From Octopus bimaculoides (Eukaryota): a DNA stretch of 64,000 nt. The stretch lies in NCBI RefSeq assembly GCF_001194135.2, contig NC_068985.1, positions 71,684,130 through 71,748,129 of the forward strand, written 5' to 3'. Below the pieces are notes generated by a model. That model ran no database searches and was not told the origin of the DNA. It worked only from the letters and a program-made list of their open reading frames with translations. Within the stretch, counting starts at the first letter, position 1; each line of letters starts with the position of its first letter. The position numbers were made by a program, and so were the translations under genes. Of this stretch, positions 53,376-64,000 are shown one piece after another.

Positions 53376-53389
53376 TCTATGTTTTTGTC

Positions 53390-53790
53390 TTTTATCTTTG
53401 ACTTGTTTTGGTCATTAGACTGTGACTGTGCTGGAGAACTGCCTTGGAGAATATTTTAGTCAAATGAATTGATCTCAGTACTTATTCATTTTTTTTTTTT
53501 TTAAGCCTAGTACTTCTATCAGTCTTTTTTGTAGAACTGCTAAGTTACAGGAACGTAAACACACCAGCACCAGTTGTCAAGCAGTGGTGGTGATGGTTGG
53601 GGAACACAGACACAAAGACACACAAACACACATAGATATATATATGTATGTTTGACAGGCTTCTTTCAGTTTCTGTCTACCAAATCCACTCTCAAAGCTA
53701 TATATAGTAGAAGACACTTGCCCAAGGTGCTATGCAGTGGGACTAAACCCAGAGCCATGTGGTTGGGAAGCAAGCTTCTTGCTGCACAGC
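53390..53790 (-). mobile_element. SINE family A copy
   Basis: Reverse complement of family A. Confidence 0.8.
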
Positions 53791-55783
53791 CATGATTTTT
53801 TTTCTTTGAAACTTTTTGGTATGAGTAGATAGTGAAGAATGGATTAAAAAAAAGCTGTGCTGATGTCAGTGGTAGTTAAAATGATATATATATATAGGAG
53901 GTTTATTTTGTTGTTGAAGCTATCATGCATTTTGTGTGTTAAGTATATAATGGTTTGTGATTTGGATAGAGCTAGTGATGTGAAGGATTAGATTTTTCTA
54001 AAATATTTTTGAGTATGCATTGGAGATTGATTGGGCTGCATAATGTTTATTTCATGTTATCTCATGACACTCTGCATCTAACAACTAAGGGGAGACAAGT
54101 AAGGTCAATGCAGTTGGTCCTCTTCAGCATGAACACTTTATTGCTATCTTTGTTTGAACCTGAGTCATTCCAGAAAAACCTACCTATGAACAAAGGCATT
54201 CCAGCTATGACCATTCTGTCATTTTCTATAGGTTATATTATTCCATGTCCCCTTTCTTTTTAAGGTAATAGGATTAATTTGAAGGAGATTTTGTGAGAGG
54301 AACAAGTATGTAAGGTGGAGAGTTACAAAGAGTAACATCCTGGGGCAGGATGGGTGAAATTGTATGAAGTGCTTAGTTTGGGACTTGTGGGACAGATAAA
54401 GTAGAAATGAGAAGAGACAGGTCAGTGCATCCTGTTGTCTTTGAAGAGTAGGGAAAAATGGCTTGCTATTTCAGTGAAAACACTATTGTAGTAATAATAG
54501 AAACAACAAACAGGAAACAATCATCCATTTTAGTGGCTGGAAGTGGTGCTGGATGCAGATAAAAACTGTGTTTAGAGCATCTCTTCCGTCCCAACATGTG
54601 ATGCATTTTCCAATGCTTGTACTACAGGCAGCTGAGTTAAAGTTTATGCATGTGTATATCTAAAATGTAGTCATTTGTAAAAGATTAGTGTAATCGTTTG
54701 TAATTAATCTATCGTTAATGACTCTCTTTACATAATGAGTACCAGTAATAAAAGAAATCTTTATGAACTGAAAGAACAGTAATTAAACTTAAAAAGTCTT
54801 TTTCTTGTTTTTCCCTTTTCTCTTAAATGAATGAAGAACTTCATTCAAAATTCCCGAGAAACTATATAGAGTACATGTAGACATAACATACACTGCTTCT
54901 GGAGAGTTTCTGTTTACCAAATTCTCTCACAATGTATTGGTCAGTCTGCAGCTGTAGAAAATGCTTACCCAATGTGCTACTCACCCAGGGCATCCTATGT
55001 AATGGGATCAGACCTAGAACCACATGGTTTGCAAAGAAGACTTCTTAACCACATAGCCATACCTGCATCTGCAAACACGCACACACTCACACACACTGTA
55101 GACACACACTCACACACACTCACATGCATATATCTGCTAGTACGATTGGTACTTGTACTGCTGCTGCTGCTGCTTTTCATTGATAGCTCATACAAGTTGC
55201 TTCTGCTGTTGCTACTACAACATGACAACAAATTGCATCTACTTGGATGTTTTAAAGCCATTGTTCCTCTTGAAGAATCTACCACACTTTTGTGGTCTCT
55301 TCAATATGCAATTAGTGCTCACATAGCTGCTCACAGCTCCGACGTCAATATCCTTACATCTAATACAACTCATTGTTTCCATTCTGCTTTTCTGCTACTC
55401 TGATTCTTTTTCTGTCTGTGTCTTTTCTTTGTTTGTAGTTTTCCTTTCCTTCTTCCTTTTTTCTTTTTTTTTCTTCATTTCATTGATATATATATNNNNN
55501 NNNNNNNNNNNNNNNNNNNNNNNNNNNNNNNNNNNNNNNNNNNNNNNNNNNNNNNNNNNNNNNNNNNNNNNNNNNNNNNNNNNNNNNNNNNNNNNNNNNN
55601 NNNNNNNNNNNNNNNNNNNNNNNNNNNNNNNNNNNNNNNNNNNNNNNNNNNNNNNNNNNNNNNNNNNNNNNNNNNNNNNNNNNNNNNNNNNNNNNNNNNN
55701 NNNNNNNNNNNNNNNNNNNNNNNNNNNNNNNNNNNNNNNNNNNNNNNNNNNNNNNNNNNNNNNNNNNNNNNNNNNNNNNNNNN

Positions 55784-56400
55784 GAAAATAGTTGTGACTG
55801 TAGTAGTAATAGTAATGTGAGTAGTAGTAGTAAGAATGATGATGATAATGATTGTGAAGGAAGGATTGAGTAAACAATAAGTGGAAACAAAGCAAAAGAG
55901 AACAACACTTTAACTTGTGTATCTTGCAGTGATTTCCTGTGAATGATAGAACAGGCTGCTAGCTTTTTGTAGTTGTTGTTGTTATTGCTGTTGCTGTGTT
56001 TTTTTTTGTTGTTGTTGGTAGTGGTAGTGGTGTAGAATATAGTAGCAGCAACAACTGTGGTGGTAGAGGAAAGAGGTGGTGGTAGTGGTGGAGGTGGACA
56101 TGGTGGTGATACAGGGTTGTTGTAGTAGTAGTAGTAGTAATAGCGCTTGTGGAGGTCATAGTGGGAGGGGGTGATGGTATTGGATAGTGGCGGTGGTGAT
56201 GGTGATAAATAGAGGTAAATGTAATGTGGTGGTTGGGGACAAGGTGATAAAGGTGATAACTATCGGTGGTAAAGGTGTCAGCGGCAGTGGTGATGGTAGG
56301 AGGTAAAGATGATGAAATTTTTGTTGTAGTCATTGTTATTGTAGCAGAATAGTAACTGCAACAGTTGTAAGTGGTATGGCTGTGATTGTATGTCCCTAGG
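55784..56400. repeat. Mixed trinucleotide low-complexity tract, (GTA/GGT/GTT/GAT)n
   Basis: Read directly; it explains the T/H-rich minus-strand ORF at 55959-56408. Confidence 0.9.
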
Positions 56401-56464
56401 TCAGGCATGATTTGGCAAACATCTTCAAGATGTTCTACCTGTGATCATTTTGCCTTTAAGGGAA

Positions 56465-56900
56465 TATCTTGGACAAGGCCAGCAAGTTTTGGGGGAAGGG
56501 GTTAAGTCTATTACATAGACCCCGGTGCTAAGTTGATTCTTATTTTATCGACCCTAAAAAGATAAAAGGAAAAGTCAACATTGGCAGAATTTGAACTTAG
56601 ATCATAAAAATGGATGAAATGCCACTAAGCATTTCGCCAGGTATGCTAATGATTCTACCAACCTCATCACCTCAGGATTATGTTATATCGGTTTCGAATT
56701 TTGACACAAGGCCAGCAAGTTCAGGGGAGTAACATAAGTTGATTACATCAACCTTGGTGTTCAACTGGTACTTATTTTAGTGACCCTTAAAGATGAAGGG
56801 CAAAATTAACCTCAGCGAAATTTAAACTTAAACATAAAGATGGACGAAATGCTGTTAAGCACTTTACCCAGCATGCTAATGATTCTGCCAGCTCACTGCC
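56465..56900 (-). mobile_element. Two tandem SINE family B copies
   Basis: Two successive reverse-complement copies at about 56465-56665 and 56685-56900. Confidence 0.75.
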
Positions 56901-57275
56901 TTATAGGACTATGTTATATTAACATTTGTTTTCATTTATTCAAGATGATAGGATTGGATTTAAGGGATGTTTGGCCGTTATTTCTTGCAGTTCTTGTTCG
57001 TGGTGCTCGATCAACTTATCTTCCTCTTTTTATCACCCCGACCTTTATTTTGCTGCTATTTCTAGCAAACCAAGTGAGCATATAGAGATTCCCTCATGAT
57101 AGGTGTAGTTGTTGGCTTTGTCTATTAAAACTGATCAATGAAATAGCCAGATGAAAATATAAAAAAATTCAATAAAAAGAAGTTAACAAAAGAAATTACA
57201 AGCTAAATAAATCTTGCACTTTGCTGTGTGTATGTGTGTGTTTAATACACATAGACACATACATGTACTCATGTT

Positions 57276-57324
<49 letters not shown>

Positions 57325-57667
57325 TTGAGTATATAACTGTGTGTATATATGCATGCATATGACAATTGCTTCGTCTTATTAAATGAAAGCCATCTCAATA
57401 AAAGACATTTGTACATCATTAGATTTTAGTGACATATGCTTGTACAGTACTTACACCACTTTCTAAGGATTCATAGTTAAATATCCAGTGACAAGAAAGT
57501 CTTATATCAGTAAAACCTTCTAGACTTTTCCCAGTTAAAGGATACTTACGAGTCTTTAACAGTCTTAATTTTAGAGTTTACCTTCTCCCATTTCATTCCA
57601 CTACACTCCCTAACTTACACTTTTACATGTCTATGTCCCTTCTCAAATGCCAAAATATGTGTGTGTG

Positions 57668-58010
57668 TCATTGTCATCATCATTTAGCATCAGCTTTCCA
57701 TGCTGGCATGGGTAAAATAGTTTGGCTGGAACTGATAAGCCAGCGAGCTGTACCAGGCTCCAACCTGTTTTGGCTTGGTCTCTATGGCTGGATGCAATGC
57801 CCTTCTTAATGCTAACCACTCTGAGAGTGTAGTGGGTCCTTTCATGTGTCACCAGTATGGCTGCCTTTTACATGTCCCCAACACCAACCACAACTGTGAT
57901 TTCACTTAGCTTGACGTGTCTTCTCAAGCAGAGCAAATTGCCAAAGGTCTCGAACAGTTGTCATTGCCTCTGTTAGACCCAACATTCGAAGATCATTTTT
58001 TACCACCTAG
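57668..58010 (-). mobile_element. RTE-clade LINE 3' end
   Basis: The minus strand reads DLRMLGLTEAMTTVRDLWQFALLEKTRQAK*, then the 3'UTR and (GAT)n tail. Shorter tail-only copies lie at about 3410-3670 (-), 9020-9170, 19290-19503, 27470-27582 and 46120-46240 (+). Confidence 0.75.
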
Positions 58011-59005
58011 TCCCATATCATAGGTATGTATGTATATATGTATTATGTGTGTGTGTGTATACATACATACTCACATACACACTGGCACTCCATCGATTAC
58101 GACAAAAAGGGTTCCAGTTGATCCAATCAATGGAACATGCAAGTGGCTGAGCACTCCATGGACATGCATACCCTTAATGTAGTTAGTTCCCCAGGAGGTT
58201 CAGCATGAGACAAAATGGGACAAGGCTGGCCCTTTGAAATTCAGATGCTACTCCTTTTTTTCAGTTGAGTGAACTGAAGCAACAGTAATAATGTAACGGA
58301 ATATATAGCCGTATGTATGCATGCATACACACACAAACACACACATCAATGATATAGCTTTCTGTCTCTCTTACTTGCTGTTTTCCTCAGTCTCTGTCAC
58401 TTCCTTTCTCTTTGTATTAAGAAGCAGATTATTTTATTTTGTTTGTCTAGTAAATACTGTTATACAAAATACAGTAACTGCTAAACATGGTGATATATTA
58501 CTTAACTTTTAGCTTTTGTTAATGAGTTCCATTGGCTTCTGAAAGAGAAATATATGTCTGTACACATACATATATGCACAGACACACACCCACAGCTGCA
58601 TACACACACACACATATGTATGTATGTGTTTGTGCATGTATATATGTATGTGTATATGCTTGCATATTGTCTGATTGTGCATCTACAGATGTGTCTGTAT
58701 GCAGAAAGCCCCTTAATATAGCTTCCTACAGCATATTGTACGCTATCACCTTATTCCATCTCTGTCACCTTTCAACCAATGGCTGTGATGCTGATGGTTG
58801 TAGTGGTTCGATAGTGGCAGCGGTGGAGGGAATGTGTGCAGGGGGATTAGGTAGGTTAAAGAATAAGTTGCTGTTTATATCTCCACGTCTTCCATGAACT
58901 TCATTTCACTTAAAAGCATCTTATAATACCACCACCATCAGTCCTTTTCTGCACTCTTGCACATATATACACCCATATGTGTATAAATATATATATATGT
59001 ATAAT

Positions 59006-59134
<129 letters not shown>

Positions 59135-59270
59135 CACACACTTATTCTCTGAAAACCAGGCTCTTCATCATCCCAGTCCAAACATGGAAACACTTACACA
59201 CGCATGCAAGGTGAAAAAAACACTATGTTCTTTTCTTAATCCCACCCACATTATTTTCTCTAAAGATGGG

Positions 59271-59316
<46 letters not shown>

Positions 59317-60350
59317 ATGCCATCATTTGCAGACACACACACACACACACACTCTCACTCATAAAAAATATTGTTCAAAGATACTGTCAGATTTTTAAAA
59401 AGCATAAACATTTACATACATGTAAATTCAGAAAGATACAAATGCTCAGAGCTGTCAGACATAAAAATACATGCAGGCGCCTGTGCATACATGCATGCAT
59501 GCACACACACACACACACACATGGGCATGTATCTATGGTTATATATCACAAAATTTTACATGTATAAATACATACAAATAATGCATGCCTGTACAAATAC
59601 AGACAAAACTACACATACCACATACCAAGCACATACGGGCTTCACATGCATGCGCACACACACACGCGCACATACTGAAATCTGGCACACACACAAGCAA
59701 ACACAAGAGTTTTTATGTGGTTGGTTGGCCTGTCAGAAATAGCAGTCAAGTTACTCATCAAATGATACTCTGTTGACTGCAAGAAAGGCAGCAATACTTT
59801 CACATGAAATACCTCTAAGAAGATGGAACAGCTTTGATCATGAATTTACTCGTTCTGGATTGGCCTGGGGCTAAAAAAAGGTAACAGAAACCACAAATCA
59901 TAAAGAAACCAAACCAGAAATGCAACACACACACATGCACAAATGTAGGAGCTGTTATGTGATAGACTTGGAAATAATTAACCAACTGCTACTCTGTTGG
60001 TTATGACGGTAAGGGTTCCAGTTGATCTGATCAACTGCTTGGGAAAAATTAACGTGCCAGTGGCTGAACACTCCACAGACACGCATACCCTTAACATAAT
60101 TCTCTGGGTGATTCAGCGCAATACAGAATGTGACAAGCATCAAGTTGTACAAAAATCTGCCTCAGTAAATTCTATCTGTCTCATGCAATCGTGGAAAAGT
60201 GGATTTTAAATGAATGGGGATTGATCACACACACAAATACACATACATGCACATACACACACGCACACATATGTATATACATGCACATACATATACACAC
60301 ATATATACACATAGATATATATACACACACATAATACACATACATACACA

Positions 60351-60406
<56 letters not shown>

Positions 60407-60628
60407 CACACACACATACGAGGGAGAGAGAGAGATTGGTGCATGTTTGATGGAGTAGTTAAGAAGTTTGTTTAGTAATCAATCATGAAATCTTGGGTTT
60501 TGATCAAAGTGCCAGTCAGCTTTGCAGAAGCCCATTAGAAGACTACATCTATATTTTTAAGAACTATCCTTGCCATACATTTCCATGATAATTTTACCAG
60601 AAAATTACATTAACCATTTAGCATTTAA

Positions 60629-60855
60629 CCCTTCAGCATTCAAACTGGCTATATCCAGCCAAAATATTCTACCTTGTTTTATGTTGGAACTGGCCAGATC
60701 TGGCCCCCAACAAAAACCACAAAATGTCATTCTAAAATTAAACAATCACATCATTGAAACCTCAAAGCTACAAGATAATGCATGATTAATTTATAAAACC
60801 ATATAAACAAACAAACAAACATTACATTTGACAGAATAATCTGAATACTAAAGGG
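60629..60855. mobile_element. piggyBac-type MITE (family 1), nested in a sister copy
   Basis: TTAA|CCCTTCAGCATT...AATACTAAAGGG|TTAA. Other copies lie at about 3715-3895, 18810-19032, 19131-19550 (interrupted), 21183-21318, 31900-32117 and 63351-63546. Confidence 0.75.
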
Positions 60856-61114
60856 TTAAACCAGCCATATCAGGCCCAAACATTCTACCAATTCTCTGTT
60901 CAATTGGCCAGATCTAGCCTGTCACACCTACTCTATAGTAGAAGACGCTTGCCTAAAGTGCCATGCCGTGGGCTGAACCCAGGACAATGTGTTTGGGAAA
61001 CAAGGTTCTTTCCATAGAGCCACAAATAATTAAAATACTTGTTGTTGAAACTGGCAGACGAGGGTCCATTTGTTTATTTTTTATTTAACCCTTTCACATT
61101 CAGATTACTCCATC

Positions 61115-61510
61115 AAATGTTATGTATTCCTTTATTCTTTTACTTGTTTCAGTCATTAGATTGCAGCCATGCTGGGGCACTGCCTCGCATTTTTAGTCGA
61201 ATGAATCAACCCCAGTACTTATCTTTTAAGCATGGTACTTATTTTATCTCTTTCTTTTGCTGAACCGCTAAGTTATGGAGACACAAACACACCAATACTG
61301 GTTGTCAAGGGGTGGTAGGGGGACAAACACAGACACAGAGACACGTGCACACACATAGTTATATATATATACACACACGAGGGATTTCTTTCAGTTTCTG
61401 TCTTCCAAATCCACTTACACAGCCCAAGGCTGATAGCAGAAGACACTTGACCAAGGTGCTATGCATTGGAATTGAACCCTGAACTATGTGGTTTGAAGCA
61501 CAGCCACCAC
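61115..61510 (-). mobile_element. SINE family A copy
   Basis: Reverse complement of family A. Further partial copies lie at about 2320-2700, 6254-6520, 9180-9420, 15609-15776, 25340-25570, 51331-51460, 54890-55070 and 62484-62642. Confidence 0.8.
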
Positions 61511-62779
61511 ATTGTTTTTAGTTTATCATGCATTACCTTGTAGCTTTGAAATTTCAATGATGTCATTGTTGATTTTTAGATTGACTTTCCAGCCTTTTTG
61601 TTATCATATTTCTGTTGAAATACATTGCCTTTCTTTCAATTAATTTTGAAAATAATAAAAAAATATATTAGAATAACTTAGACATTATTAAGCTGGGCTT
61701 TAGAACATAAATTAACATGAAATTTTGGTGGAAGGTTTTAATTTAGATCACTTTAGAATGGACAAGTTTGTTTCAGAACCAAAGGTGATTTCAGGCAGGG
61801 TGGTATATAAAGGGTTAAGATAGGTGAGAAAGCAGATCTGACCAACTAAAAACATAAAATACGACGAATAATTGGACCAAATGTGACCAGTTTAAATGCT
61901 GAAGGGTTAATAATTAAATTATTCCATTGCTCATATGCTGCTGCATACTTGATGCCAATGTTTGGTTTCTTTTCTTTTGTTATGTCGTTGAAGACTTGAT
62001 CTTTGCATTCAATCAGAGTAACATTTCTAGCGCCACATAATAATTTATTCCTCCTCCAAACCTCCCATTTAACTATAGTGTGTCATTTGAGAGATTTTTA
62101 TTTTATATTTTGTAACTACTTGAATATGAATAAGATATGGCAAGGGAGAAGTGTCAGGAGATTCTATCAAATTATGGCAAAGTTTATTGCTTGCTGTCTG
62201 TTTTGTGTTTGCAAGTATGCTTCCTCGTAATTCATGTATGTGCTTGTGCACATTTATATAGTACAGTTGTATGTACACATATGTATGTGTGAATGCTGTT
62301 TAAGTGCAAGTGCATATGTGGAATGTATTTGCAGGAAATATTTGTCATTAAGTCAAATGTATTACATAAGATTACATGATTAGGTAGGAGAGGAGGTGAA
62401 AAAAAGTATCAGATAATCTATTTATTAAATTCTAGATAATTAAATTATGTGTATTTTCATACACACACGTGCATATATATCTATAGGTGCAGGCATAGCT
62501 GTGTGGTAACAAGTTTACTTCTAAATCACATTGTTCCAGGTTCAGTCCCACTGCATGGCACCTTGGGTAAGTGTCTTTTACTATAGCTTTGGGCCAACCA
62601 AAGCCTTGTGAGTAGATTTGGTAGACAGAAACTGAAAGGAGCTTAAAAATAAGTGATGTCAGGAAGGGTATCTGGCTGTAGAATATTGTATCAATAAGTC
62701 TTACCTAACTCATGCCAGCATAGATAAATTGGATGTAAAAATGAGGATATAGATATGTGTGATATTGACCCATGAAGCC

Positions 62780-63288
62780 AAGTGAAATCGTAGTCATGGC
62801 TGATGCTGGTCACTGGCACTCTTGCCGATGACACTTAAAAGCACCTGTCAAACGTTGGGCCTCACAGAGGCAATGCTAACTGACCAAGACCTTTGGTGAT
62901 ATGCTGTGCTTGAGAAAACCCATCAAGCTAAGTGAAATCATAGTCATGGCTGATGCTGGTGTCATTTAACTGGCACATTAAAATCACCCTTCGAACATTG
63001 GGCCTCACGGAGGCATTGATAAGTGACCGAGATCTTTGGCGATATGCCATGCTTGAGAAGACTTGTTAAGTCAAGTGAAATCATAGTCATGGCTGATGCT
63101 GGTGACATGTAACTGGCACCCATTACATTCTTGGAGTGGTTGGCATTAAGAAGTACATCCAGCCATAGAAACCATGCCAAATGAGATTGGAACCTGGTGT
63201 AGACTTCAAGCTTAGCAGTTTCAGTCAAACTGTCTAACCCATGCCAGCATGGAAAGCAGACACTAAGTGATTGTGATGATGATGATGT
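62780..63288 (+). mobile_element. RTE-clade LINE 3' end with a tandemly reiterated ORF2-end/3'UTR unit
   Basis: The unit encodes TLRTLGLTEALISDRDLWRYAMLEKT and recurs with starts at 62780, 62930 and 63073; the element ends CATGCCAGCATGGAAAGCAGAC...(GAT)n. Confidence 0.75.
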
Positions 63289-63955
63289 AGAGAGAGAAAG
63301 AGCTGTTTGTGTGTACAGAACTCCATACGTAAGTATAGGGTATCCTTTAACACTTTAGCATTCAGATTTCTCTTTGGCTTATTTATTCACAATGTTTTGG
63401 ATCTCACAGCTTTGAGATTTCAGTGATGTGATTTTATATTTTTAGAATAATATTGCAGGGCAGGTGTGAGGGGCTGGATCTGGCAAGTTTGAACAAAAAA
63501 CATGTAAAATATTTGGGCCAGATATAGTGGGTTTAAATGCTAAAGGATGTATTACATTATTATTGAAAAGATCATACTCTGAATTACTTGTTTTTGATCA
63601 TTCAGCCAGTAATCCAGACCTGTTTTTTTGCCTTCAGAATATCAGTTTCTTGAATATATTTTGAAATGTTATATGAAAGCTATGAAGTAAACACTTATCT
63701 TTACATTCTTTTGCAAAAAGAAAAAAAAAAAGAAGATACCTACTAGCAACACATGCAAAAGTGGTTGTTTCAATCTCGTACTTTTCATTTCATTTCTGGC
63801 TCTTATGGGAATGCTCCAAACATCTTAAACTTCATACAATCAAGATCACTCTAATAACTTTACTCTTGGAATTGTGTTGTTACTTAAGTAATATTTTAAA
63901 GTGATATTTTGAAAGCAATATACGCATGTATCATGTGTATATGTGTGTATGTATG

Positions 63956-64000
<45 letters not shown>

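Overview
AT-rich, microsatellite-dense animal genomic DNA. The repeat families look like those of an octopod cephalopod (inference from recognition; probably a short-read Octopus assembly). There are 13 N-gaps totalling about 4.2 kb, many flanked by (TA)n. I cannot identify any intact or nameable protein-coding gene. The long ORFs in the track are gap or microsatellite artefacts. The window is mostly intronic or intergenic and packed with mobile elements: at least three tRNA-headed SINE families, 3' ends of RTE-clade LINEs with (GAT)n tails, an I-clade-like LINE remnant and two Penelope-like (PLE) pieces. It also holds two decayed DD37D (maT) Tc1/mariner elements, Buster-type hAT derivatives and TTAA-targeting piggyBac-type MITEs. 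The best observations are (1) a minimal type-I hammerhead ribozyme with a complete catalytic core on the minus strand at 47741-47785, probably in a PLE terminal repeat, and (2) a PLE insertion at 23202-24233 whose RT/thumb part is inverted relative to its GIY-YIG endonuclease part, matching twin-priming geometry. Several nested insertions have readable target-site duplications. Isolated exon-like segments occur on both strands; four minus-strand ones are phase-compatible, but all are low confidence without RNA data.
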